Below, in pieces: positions 36,946-46,079 of a stretch of 64,000 nt of DNA (the stretch's first letter is position 1; each line of letters starts with the position of its first letter). A program made the position numbers and the translations under genes. The stretch lies in assembly GCA_040900375.1 (NCBI GenBank), contig JBBDZC010000012.1, forward strand, positions 39,301 to 103,300, in the 5' to 3' direction. This stretch comes from Candidatus Anderseniibacteriota bacterium. GTDB taxonomy: Bacteria; Patescibacteriota; Andersenbacteria; UBA10190. The notes beneath the pieces are model-generated. The model did no database searches and had not been told where the DNA came from. It saw only the letters and a program-made list of their open reading frames with translations.

Positions 36946-38745
36946 CTATTCGAGTTCGCGTATTGCCAAGTGCAACTCTTCGATTTGCGTTGGCGATACG
37001 GGTGAGGGGGCCCCCATCATAACGTCCTGCGCCCGGCCATTCTTGGGAAAAGCGTAGATATCACGAATACTCTCACACGCCCATAGGACCATCATAAGGC
37101 GGTCAATTCCTGGGGCAATACCGCCGTGAGGCGGGGCGCCATACGCAAATGCCCGCAACATGGCGCCAAATTTCTCATCCACGGCTTCTTGACTATAGCC
37201 AGCTAACGCGAAAGCTTTATACATAATGGCGGGATTGTGATTACGAATACCGCCGGAGCTAATCTCAAAGCCGTTACACACCAGATCATATTGATAAGCT
37301 AAAATATCAGTTGGCTCCTGTTGCTCGAGCGCTTGTAATCCCCCTTGGGGCATAGAGAAAGGATTGTGAGAAAAATTGATTTTACCTTCGGCCTCATTCC
37401 ACTCATACATGGGAAAATCAACAATCCAGCACCAAGCGGCTTTAGTTACATCAATTAATGACAACTTTTGGGCCACAGCAGTCCGCACTGCCCCGAGGGC
37501 CTTACTGGCCGTCAACCACTGGTCGGCCGCAAAGAAAATAGCGTCACCAGATTTTGCCCCGACCTTCTTAAGTAACGCTGCCACTATGTCGTCACCCAAA
37601 AACTTAAGGATTGGGGATGTCGGTTTATCCTTAATGAGGATATAGGCCAGCCCACCGGTGCCGGTCGCGCGGGCGGCGTGGGTTAGTTCATCAATGGCCT
37701 GGCGCGACAGCTTCGCGCCACCAGGTACTCGGAGAGCGTGCACTACTCCCCCATGCGCGAGTGCGTCCGCAAATACTTTAAATTCACTGGCGGCAACTTC
37801 GTCACTCACGACCGTAATTTTAAGATCGTAACGCAGATCAGGTTTGTCACTGCCATAGGTTATCATAGCCTCACGCCAGGTTAAGCGCGGAAATGGTTTA
37901 GCGGCGACCTGCTTATCACTGAATTTTTCCGTGAGGGCAATCATTAAAGGTTCAGTAACAGCAAAAATGTCTTCTTGGGTGACAAAACTCATTTCCAAAT
38001 CAAGTTGATAAAATTCACCGGGGTGGCGATCCGCCCGTGGATCTTCATCGCGGAAGCATGGGGCAATCTGAAAATAGCGGTCGAAACCAGCAACCATGAG
38101 CAGCTGTTTAAATTGCTGCGGGGCTTGCGGCAGCGCGTAAAACTTACCCGGGTGCAGCCGGCTGGGAACTAAATAATCGCGGGCGCCTTCGGGCGAAGAG
38201 TTAGCCAGAATGGGTGTCTGCACTTCGACAAACTGCTGGGCGTGCATGTAGGCCCGAATATGGGCAATAAAAGCATCTCGTTGTAAGATTATCGCCTTGA
38301 GCCGCTCTCGTCGCAGGTCAAGAAAGCGGTACTTTAAGCGCAATTCTTCATTGACGGCGGTATCAGACGCTACTTCAAAGGGCAGCGGCTGGGCCGCGCT
38401 TAACACTTCTACAGTAGTGACCGCTACTTCAATCTTGCCAGTGGTCAGCTCTTTATTAACCATGGCTTTCGGACGCGCCATCACGGTCCCGGCAACTGCA
38501 ATCACAAACTCACTGCGTAGGTTTTCGGCCGCGGCATGTGTTGTCGGCTGTTCCGTAGGATTAAACGTCAGCTGCGTGATTCCCCACCGATCGCGCAGAT
38601 CAATAAAAATTAGTCCGCCATGATCACGGCGAGCATGCACCCACCCGGTCAGGCGCACTGGCTGTCCCACGTGAGCGGGACGCAACTCACTGTTGGTATG
38701 CGTTCGATATTTATTGGGCGTAATCAGGGTGGAGGCCAAGGGCAT
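36946..38745 (-). CDS. aspS: Aspartyl-tRNA synthetase (the ORF extends to 38877; likely start at the internal Met at about 38745)
   Basis: Anticodon-binding OB fold (VRLTGWVHARRDHGGLIFIDLRD), class II motifs (FRDEDPRADRHPGEFYQLD, GGIRNH, GAPPHGGIAPGIDR). Confidence 0.9.
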   Translation of the reverse strand: MPLASTLITPNKYRTHTNSELRPAHVGQPVRLTGWVHARRDHGGLIFIDLRDRWGITQLTFNPTEQPTTHAAAENLRSEFVIAVAGTVMARPKAMVNKELTTGKIEVAVTTVEVLSAAQPLPFEVASDTAVNEELRLKYRFLDLRRERLKAIILQRDAFIAHIRAYMHAQQFVEVQTPILANSSPEGARDYLVPSRLHPGKFYALPQAPQQFKQLLMVAGFDRYFQIAPCFRDEDPRADRHPGEFYQLDLEMSFVTQEDIFAVTEPLMIALTEKFSDKQVAAKPFPRLTWREAMITYGSDKPDLRYDLKITVVSDEVAASEFKVFADALAHGGVVHALRVPGGAKLSRQAIDELTHAARATGTGGLAYILIKDKPTSPILKFLGDDIVAALLKKVGAKSGDAIFFAADQWLTASKALGAVRTAVAQKLSLIDVTKAAWCWIVDFPMYEWNEAEGKINFSHNPFSMPQGGLQALEQQEPTDILAYQYDLVCNGFEISSGGIRNHNPAIMYKAFALAGYSQEAVDEKFGAMLRAFAYGAPPHGGIAPGIDRLMMVLWACESIRDIYAFPKNGRAQDVMMGAPSPVSPTQIEELHLAIRELE

Positions 38746-39917
38746 ACCTAGAGGGTAGATGAGAGCGTAGGAGAGAGCAACAGATCCAAGTCTTAAAAAA
38801 GTAGCTTGAAGAACTCTACTGTTTCTTTCTCGAGAGTGATGCAACATGAAGGTAGTAACCCAGAAGTCTGTCGGCAAACCGGGTAAGAAAAGTTTGTATA
38901 AAGACTCCTAGGTTCCCCGCTCATAGGCGGGGAGGTCGTATGCCTAGGATGCGCCCCGCTCCTTCAGACGGGGCTAGCTTGTTGGCACCCTACGTAGTAG
39001 GCATGCCGAGATAAAGAACACTGCACGTCTTCTTTAAGAAGACGCACATTGCCTAAAGCAAAAGCCCTGGGCAATAAGCACCCTCTTCATGGATTAAGGA
39101 GCTTTACTAAAGAACTTTCTAGTATAACTAGCCAAACAGAAAACGCAAGTCCGCTGCATTTCCTTACGTCGTACCCTAAAACTTAAAGAAAAAGCCGTGT
39201 AGTATGCGAGCACTCCTAGGGGGCAGTACCAGGATTGCGGACACATACCACACGGCATAGTCTCCTCTGTTCCGACAGAGAAGAAAGAACCCAGTGAGCT
39301 GGTCAGTCTCCAGCGTTAGCTGGTATGTAAGCCTAAGGGATAGCGGACCTCCTTGTGTGAGGACCTCCAGGCCTTCACGGCTACCTTTATGGCCTACTCA
39401 CTGGGTTACTCTGTTGGACTTGACGCAGATAAACTGCCGTCCAACTGATGAAAAAGAACACTATGATGACTCCGCGACCCCGCCTTTTTAAGAGAAAGGA
39501 GATGAGGCCGCGGAGCTAAAGACTTCTGATACCTTCTTAGTGACGAGGAGCACCTGGAGTCTAGTTACAGACATAGGTTCTTTATAACGTCGTGTGAGCA
39601 GTAGGATTCACGCGACATACTTAAACGTGCGCAAGACACGGTAAGTCGAAACTGACCGAGCTGTAGTTGCACGCAAGCTCCCTCCTCACCACTAAGAAGG
39701 TGTAGAAGTTTTTTAAGATGCTTTTCTCTTCTCAAGGTACGGCAATAACCATTTAGTATACTCTTCCGTGATAGTTTGTCAAGTTTTGTTTACATTTTCC
39801 TTGTACTATCTGATTCTTCTGCCAAGTAAAGCCGTTTTATTATAAAATATGTGTCAATTTTTACCGTCAATACTATGGATATTCTCAACAATTAAAAAGT
39901 AAGGCACAATAAAGGAG

Positions 39918-40553
39918 ATGAAGATTTGTGTTATTGGTAGTCCGAGTACGGGCAAGTCAGTATTTGCGCGGACGCTCTCGGCCGAGATGGGTAAACGAGG
40001 TATTAATTGTGAATTAGTCCAGGAATACGCCAGTGCCTATATCCAACAAGTGGGCGCGCCCGAGCAAGCCTGGGAACAGTTAGTGATTAGTATCGGCCAA
40101 TATTTGTCCGAGCAAAAAACCACTCGTGATCATATGGTTACCGATGCGGCGGCATTTGCTACCTATGTGTATGCCCAGCGAGCTTTGCCGAAGATGATTA
40201 ATTCACGGGTCTGGCCAAAGTATCGTCATTTACTCGATATGTTGCGGACGCTCGCCCGCATCTCGGCTGAATCGTACGATCTTATTTTCTTACTCACCCA
40301 CGTTTTTCTTCCCCGCCAAGATGGCGTGCGGCTCGAGACCCACCTTTCGTATGACGAATGCAAGGAAATCAATCGGGATATGGAGGTCTACTTAGAATCC
40401 GAGCGAGTAGCCTACCATCGGCTGAAAGCTAACTCTGCCAAAGCTTTGGGCACGGCCATACAGATTATTGAGCAGCGGCTCTTGATTCAATCGCCCCAAC
40501 CCAAGTCTCACAAAGAGAGCGACCGCCTGACCATTGGCATTCGGTCCCCATGA
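39918..40553 (+). CDS. P-loop NTPase, AAA_28/NadR-like kinase family
   Basis: MKICVIGSPSTGKSVFARTL Walker A at the N-terminus, about 210 aa, resembling the nicotinamide-riboside-kinase-like AAA_28 family. Confidence 0.55.
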   Translation: MKICVIGSPSTGKSVFARTLSAEMGKRGINCELVQEYASAYIQQVGAPEQAWEQLVISIGQYLSEQKTTRDHMVTDAAAFATYVYAQRALPKMINSRVWPKYRHLLDMLRTLARISAESYDLIFLLTHVFLPRQDGVRLETHLSYDECKEINRDMEVYLESERVAYHRLKANSAKALGTAIQIIEQRLLIQSPQPKSHKESDRLTIGIRSP

Positions 40554-41060
40554 CTAGGTCAGCACAATTAATGAGTGAGTATATAACCTTTTTGGTGTAT
40601 AGCTGGCAGCGGGGCTTCCTTAATGTAAAAGTCAGCAGGTAAAAAGCACCCAAGACTAGAGAGTGGAACCCCTTAGTCCAGCAAATGAGGCGTTTAGCAG
40701 CTATAGAAGAAGCCTCGGCGGCTGCGTGGTAGCCGGTTGCGGCTATAGCAGCGCATTTTATTTTTATTTGTCGAACCCTTTTATTTACCGCATCCCGCAG
40801 ACCCCTAGCCCAAAAAACGGCACTCTTTATTGGTGGTCTATATTACAAAAAGAAACTTCCTAATTGATAGCGCGCGACAGCGACACCCCCTACCCCCCAA
40901 AAAAATCAGGAGCCCGATAAGCGATTTACGCTTTTTTAGAGATATGGCCACATATACTTCGGTGTCCTCGAAGTAACACACCCTCTGCTTGACTATCCAA
41001 GACAGGCTTTTTCTTTACCGCTACTATAATAAGACTTGTACTAAGCAATATTATATTTTT

Positions 41061-41462
41061 ATGCATTCACCTACTCACTACGGTATTGAACTGGTTATTA
41101 ATGCGAGCGGTTGCGACCCATCACTCATGACGCGTGAGAAATTAGCAGTCTTCATTGAGCAATTATGTGAGAGAATTGACATGAAGCGCGCGCTCGAACC
41201 TTATTTCTGGGACGAGATTAATGGCGGTTCGACGCCTGAACCGCACTTAAAAGGAGTATCGGTTTTTCAGTTTATTGAAACGAGCAATATTGCCATTCAC
41301 GCGCTGACCATGCTCGAAGTGATTTTCCTTAATATTTTCTCTTGTAAGCCATTCGAGCAAAAAGCTGTGGAGAAATTCGTCAAGGAATATTTCAAAGCTC
41401 AACACGTAGAAAGTAAGTTGATTGAACGAACGTATGTCGCGCGCCTACGAGAAAAATCTTAA
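41061..41462 (+). CDS. S-adenosylmethionine decarboxylase-family (pyruvoyl-dependent decarboxylase-like) protein with non-canonical processing motif (the ORF opens at 40989)
   Basis: HYGIELVINASGCD...GVSVFQFIETSNIAIH aligns with small AdoMetDC proenzymes (G..vis.l.GCD...GVSGVVIISESHLTIH). It has T-S at the E-S cleavage site and lacks the FPE motif. Confidence 0.45.
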   Translation: MHSPTHYGIELVINASGCDPSLMTREKLAVFIEQLCERIDMKRALEPYFWDEINGGSTPEPHLKGVSVFQFIETSNIAIHALTMLEVIFLNIFSCKPFEQKAVEKFVKEYFKAQHVESKLIERTYVARLREKS

Positions 41463-42687
41463 ACTCGACTGGCGACTTTCGCCGGCTGATTTACACCAAC
41501 AGGCTTTAGCACAGCTTGCGGCAAGCGAATCAATTGTCCGATGCGTCTTTGGGACAGATACCTCAGAAGTCGGCTTGCTAGACATAGCTCTGCCCACACG
41601 AACGCCTTTTTCGTTCCAAAAACGTGCTATTGAAAACCAAGCCCAATTTAATGTGGCATACATCGTCCCCACTGGCGTCGGTGCTGCCCAGGGTGGGCAC
41701 GCTGGCGATGCAACACCGGTTCTGAAGGCCATTTCCAGTATTGCCGATACTGTCTTTACACATCCAAACGTGGTTAATGCCTCCGATGTAAATGAGATGC
41801 CCAATAATACTCTCTATGTAGAAGGAAGCCTACTCTCAGCGTTTCTAATGGGCACTATTGGCCTTATGCGACGCCGAGGTAATCGCGTCCTCGCACTTCT
41901 CGGTCAACACCACAGGCGATACGTTGAGGCTGCAATAAACACAATTAATGCCGCTCGTGCGACTTACGGCCTTGATTGCTTAACCTTAGCCATTGTTCCG
42001 CTCACCATGAAAGCTGATTGGTCGCCCTCTGGTCGGGCATCTGGAGAAATTACCGGGCTCGATAATGTCTGGCAGGAACTCAACAAGCACGAGGGAGAAT
42101 TTGATACTATTGCCATCACGTCGCCGATTACTATGAATCCGGAAGCACGTGACTTTTATCTCGAAGAAACAAAGGGGGAATCCGTAAATCCGTGGGGTGG
42201 TATCGAGGCACTACTCACACATGCTATTGCTATGAGGATGCAAGTCCCTGTTGCACACGCACCCATGATGGAATCACTAGAGGTAGAGGCACTTAATTAC
42301 GGCATTGTTGATGCCCGTGTGGCCGCCGAGATGATTTCACTTTCGTATTTACAGTGTGTTCTTAAGGGATTGCAGCGGGCCCCTGTCGTTGCAGACCCAG
42401 CTACGCCCCACAGTTTGACTGCCGCCGATGTTAATGCCTTAATAATTCCCCGTGGATGTTTTGGCATGCCAATTTACGCTGCACTGCACCAAGGTATTCG
42501 CGTTATCGCGGTAGCGGATAAAATATACGCGGAAGACCATACTGAGGTTATTCGTGCTCTACCCTGGCGGCCAGGTCAATACAGAGAAGTCAGCAATTAT
42601 TCTGAAGCCCTAGGCATCCTGGCTTGCATGAAAGCAGGTATAGTGCCTGAAGCTATCAGTCGTCCCTTGCAAACAATCTCACTCTAA
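41422..42687 (+). CDS. Conserved hypothetical protein (PTGVGAAQGGHAGDA motif), translationally overlapping the AdoMetDC-like gene
   Basis: 421-aa ORF overlapping the upstream stop by about 40 nt. No confidently recognised family. Confidence 0.45.
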   Translation: MNERMSRAYEKNLKLDWRLSPADLHQQALAQLAASESIVRCVFGTDTSEVGLLDIALPTRTPFSFQKRAIENQAQFNVAYIVPTGVGAAQGGHAGDATPVLKAISSIADTVFTHPNVVNASDVNEMPNNTLYVEGSLLSAFLMGTIGLMRRRGNRVLALLGQHHRRYVEAAINTINAARATYGLDCLTLAIVPLTMKADWSPSGRASGEITGLDNVWQELNKHEGEFDTIAITSPITMNPEARDFYLEETKGESVNPWGGIEALLTHAIAMRMQVPVAHAPMMESLEVEALNYGIVDARVAAEMISLSYLQCVLKGLQRAPVVADPATPHSLTAADVNALIIPRGCFGMPIYAALHQGIRVIAVADKIYAEDHTEVIRALPWRPGQYREVSNYSEALGILACMKAGIVPEAISRPLQTISL

Positions 42688-43013
42688 TAAGAGCCGGCAA
42701 CTCATGCCAGTCTAAAGTTTTACTTCGGTTGGCCCCTTGCCATGAATCAATGCGCCAAAATAGGCCGTGCGCATTGAGCGCAACAAGTGTGAGGTATCAG
42801 AGGTGTCTATCCAAAAGTACCTAGATCGCTGCATTGCAGTTATTACTGATCCGGTCCAACGATGGCTGACCTACACAATTCCCGAAAATACTCAGAGGTT
42901 CCAAAGAGAATTATTTCCCGCGGGCATTGAATTTGACGGCGAACTTTGTCGAACCCATGAATTATCGCCTATTGTAGAGATTTTAGAGGACTTTCCTATT
43001 ACAAAGTCCGGTT

Positions 43014-43089
43014 TGGTGCGCCCGGCAGGAATCGAACCTGCGACCGTTGGCTTAAAAGGCCACTGCTCTACCAATTGAGCTACGGGCGC
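43014..43089 (-). tRNA. tRNA-Lys (anticodon TTT), CCA encoded
   Basis: GCGCCCGTAGCTCAATTGGTAGAGCAGTGGCCTTTTAAGCCAACGGTCGCAGGTTCGATTCCTGCCGGGCGCACCA. Anticodon loop CTTTTAA. Confidence 0.85.
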
Positions 43090-43207
43090 GTACGAACTAT
43101 ATACCGATTTGATTGCAAATAGTCAATTACTACTAAATGTGATACCATATAGGTGATAACTTATCCACATTTATCCTTCATTCATTTATTTAAATTTATC
43201 CACGCCT

Positions 43208-43918
43208 ATGGCTCACACAAAAACACTGCAGTTTAATGTTTCGGCCTGGCTGTACGGGGGGATGGTTGCGGTACTGCTGCTTGGTCTCATCTTTGCGGCT
43301 CGGCAATCGTCAGCCGCTGATCGCTACACCTTCTTGATGCGCGGTGATGTCATGAAGCTTGATGCTGCCAATAAAAATATTCACGTGTATATTCGTCACG
43401 TCAATTCAGCGGCCGAACATGATGCTGGCCAAACTATTGAGATTGATGTCCGCTCGGCTACTTTCTACAATTATGACAGCAAGCAGCGCAAGGTACGGAC
43501 AACTCTCGGTTCATTGGCCGTGGGTGACGAAGTCGTGATTCGGGGTACCGGCGGGAGCGGGATCTATAATGCGGATTGGGTAGTGGAAAATGATAACTTA
43601 GTTAAGGTTTTAGGGACGGTTGATACACAGGATGTCAGTAATAACTTCTTGAAAGTTGAGATTGAATCAGTGACATTTCAATCAACTGGTAAGGCCTATA
43701 AGGCAAATATCTTCAAGAAGGGTGCTGTGGTCCGTGTCTACTACGATGAAGATAGTGTAAAGTTTATCAGCCGGGATGGGAATGCGATGAGGGCAGATGA
43801 AATTGCGAATAACGGCGAAAAGATCACACTTAAGAACATTAAGGTCAAGTACGGCTCGCGTTTTGAAGCTGATGCCGCCGCACCTGTTTCAGAGATTACC
43901 GACGGTAAACACCTGTAG
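43208..43918 (+). CDS. Signal-anchored hypothetical secreted protein (tandem beta-rich domains)
   Basis: N-terminal TM (WLYGGMVAVLLLGLIFAA). An internal duplicated pattern (...VYIRHV...VRS / ...VRVYYDEDSVKFI...) resembles DUF5666-type repeats. Confidence 0.4.
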   Translation: MAHTKTLQFNVSAWLYGGMVAVLLLGLIFAARQSSAADRYTFLMRGDVMKLDAANKNIHVYIRHVNSAAEHDAGQTIEIDVRSATFYNYDSKQRKVRTTLGSLAVGDEVVIRGTGGSGIYNADWVVENDNLVKVLGTVDTQDVSNNFLKVEIESVTFQSTGKAYKANIFKKGAVVRVYYDEDSVKFISRDGNAMRADEIANNGEKITLKNIKVKYGSRFEADAAAPVSEITDGKHL

Positions 43919-43925
43919 CCTGAAC

Positions 43926-45011
43926 CTAAAAGAATGATCGCTTACGAGCGGCAGTAAACTCTTCGAGTAGCTGCCGCTGTTTGCGTGAGAGTTTCGTGGG
44001 AATGATTACCTGGGCCCTGACAATCTGATCACCGCTACGTCCCCCCCCAATTACCGGAAATCCCTGGCCGCGTAATTTAAACTCTGTCCCCGGTTGAGTG
44101 CCGGCAGGAATTTTGAGAGGCGTTATTCCCGCAAGAGTAGGGATGTTCTTGGTTGCGCCCAGCGTAGCTTCGACAAATGATAACTCAACCTGTGAACGAA
44201 CATCGCTACCGTCGCGCCGCAAGTGGGCGTGCGGCCGGATATGCACAGTGACATAGAGGTCGCCGGGGATACCACCCCGAACCGGAAATTCTCCCTGGCC
44301 GGCAATGCGAACCGTCTGACCATCGTCAATACCCGCTGGAATGGTAATTTTTAAGGTTTTACTTCGGCGTTGTCTGCCCTCACCCCGACACTTTGTGCAC
44401 ACTGTTTCTGGTTTCTTGCCTTCGCCCTGACAGTCGGGACAGATACTGGATTGGCTAAAGACGCCAAACATAGTTTGCCGCGACGTGGTGACACTGCCGG
44501 TGCCCCGGCACATTGCGCACTCCTTAATGGGAGTGTTGGGCTCGGCACCGTTGCCGTGACACAAGCGACAGGATTGATAGAGTTGAAGAGTAGTGTCACG
44601 CTTCATATCGGCTGCCGGCTCCGCAAAATCCAGCGTGACATCAATGGCGACATCATTGCCTTGGCGCACCGAGGCGCGCGTTCGTGACCCTGACTGTCGT
44701 CTGCCAAAAAACTGTTCAAAGATATCACTCACGCCGCCTAAGTCTTCAAAGTTAACGCTATAATTACCAAATCCGCTAAAGCCCCCTCCCCCACCGGCTT
44801 GGTCAAAGTTCTGGCCAAACTGATCATACTGGGCCCGTTTTTGCTCATCACTTAATACTTGGTATGCAGCGTTAACCTGCTTGAATTTCTCTTCATCCCC
44901 ACCTTTTTTATCGGGATGATACTGATGTGCCATACGGCGATATGCCCGCTTGATTTCATCTGCGGAAGCGTCTTGGGTAATGCCTAAAATTTGGTAGTAA
45001 TTTTGAGCCAC
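43926..45011 (-). CDS. dnaJ: Chaperone DnaJ
   Basis: J-domain with HPDK, a G/F-rich region, and four CxxCxGxG zinc-finger repeats. Confidence 0.95.
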   Translation of the reverse strand: MAQNYYQILGITQDASADEIKRAYRRMAHQYHPDKKGGDEEKFKQVNAAYQVLSDEQKRAQYDQFGQNFDQAGGGGGFSGFGNYSVNFEDLGGVSDIFEQFFGRRQSGSRTRASVRQGNDVAIDVTLDFAEPAADMKRDTTLQLYQSCRLCHGNGAEPNTPIKECAMCRGTGSVTTSRQTMFGVFSQSSICPDCQGEGKKPETVCTKCRGEGRQRRSKTLKITIPAGIDDGQTVRIAGQGEFPVRGGIPGDLYVTVHIRPHAHLRRDGSDVRSQVELSFVEATLGATKNIPTLAGITPLKIPAGTQPGTEFKLRGQGFPVIGGGRSGDQIVRAQVIIPTKLSRKQRQLLEEFTAARKRSFF

Positions 45012-45070
45012 AAAGTAATTAGTTATTTAAGACCTTCTTGAATGTTTATGCGTTTTCTCCTCATCGGAAG

Positions 45071-46024
45071 TTACAGCTGGAGACGCTCCACCATAGCTTG
45101 CGTACGGGTAATCGTAAAGAGCTGTGCTTCTTGCCCAAGTTGGACACTTAAGGCAATGAGCCCTAGCGTGGGCCAGACGATAAAGGGTACCAACACCCGG
45201 AAGGTTAGAAAGATAATAATCATCAAGAGGATGGAAGCAATTAGAGGATTTTGACTGGTTAACTCATTAATCTGGCGATTAATGAGGCCGGCTACGATGG
45301 TAGAAAAGCTTTCTTGACCACTTAGATTTTGGCCGAGCCGCTGGGCAATTTCTTGTCGCGAACGCTGCAATTGCTGTTCATCAATTATATACCCCGGAGG
45401 CAGTTTCTTTCGTTCTTCGGCAATGCTTGCTTCGAGCAACTCGTCAAAGGAAGTCTGCGGCGTATAACCAGGAAAGAAATCATTAATAATTGGATCAAAG
45501 GGTTTTAAGAGAGGTTCTATTTGGCGTTCAGTAATCTGAAACCGCGCCTGGGCCACCGAGTTAGTAATCAGTGGCCAGGCGACACCGAGTAAAGCAATCA
45601 TGAGACCCAGGGTTAACAACTGGACGCCACCCGGGAATATTTGAGTAATACGATAGTACACCCGATTATGAACTTCGCGAACGATTGTCCGCTGCGCCAT
45701 AGCCATAAAAACAACCAGCAACACTGCGGCGCCAATGCCGACTGGTGACAGTATACTGAAGGCGACAACCATGAGCGCGGGAACCAGGTAGAGGGCGGCG
45801 AGGCTAGCGGGCCGACGAAGGATCGATAAGCAGAGCGCCATGAGCATGATCCACACCAGCGCTAGTAAAATAATTACCAGAGCATACCACCCGTGCTGCA
45901 GCGAGAGCGGCAACAGAAGCATCATTGCCGCAAACGGCAACAGGCTATAGCTGCAGACAAAAATGACCAGCGCTAATTCTTTTTGGTAGGCAGTCATGTC
46001 CTTATAGTGTAGCGCACTCATCAA
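45071..46024 (-). CDS. Polytopic membrane protein inserted between dnaK and dnaJ (possibly AI-2E/UPF0118-like)
   Basis: 317 aa, at least 7 hydrophobic helices with a central cytoplasmic loop. Family assignment is uncertain. Confidence 0.45.
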   Translation of the reverse strand: MMSALHYKDMTAYQKELALVIFVCSYSLLPFAAMMLLLPLSLQHGWYALVIILLALVWIMLMALCLSILRRPASLAALYLVPALMVVAFSILSPVGIGAAVLLVVFMAMAQRTIVREVHNRVYYRITQIFPGGVQLLTLGLMIALLGVAWPLITNSVAQARFQITERQIEPLLKPFDPIINDFFPGYTPQTSFDELLEASIAEERKKLPPGYIIDEQQLQRSRQEIAQRLGQNLSGQESFSTIVAGLINRQINELTSQNPLIASILLMIIIFLTFRVLVPFIVWPTLGLIALSVQLGQEAQLFTITRTQAMVERLQL

Positions 46025-46079
46025 TAACCCTTAAACATGCTTTGGCTACTCTCCCGGCAGTAAAGCTCCCACTTAAGCC

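Noticed and set aside
38878-39020. T-box leader for aspS
   Set aside because: The reverse complement of the aspS-proximal region lacks the AAUUAGGGUGGNACCGCG T-box sequence. The only resemblance (UAGGGUGCCAAC) lacks the UGGN-ACC tRNA-binding bulge.
38880-39917. tmRNA or SRP (4.5S) RNA in the 1-kb gap
   Set aside because: No tRNA-like T-arm (GGTTCGANTCC) and no ANDENYALAA-type tag reading frame on either strand. The only SRP-like stretch (AAGGAAAUGCAGC on the minus strand) does not reproduce the symmetric domain-IV loops.
42767-43078. 103-aa plus-strand ORF
   Set aside because: Its 3' third is the antisense of tRNA-Lys (43014-43089). The C-terminus (...RPAGIEPATVGLKGHCSTN) is translated tRNA. 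Spurious, at least in that part.
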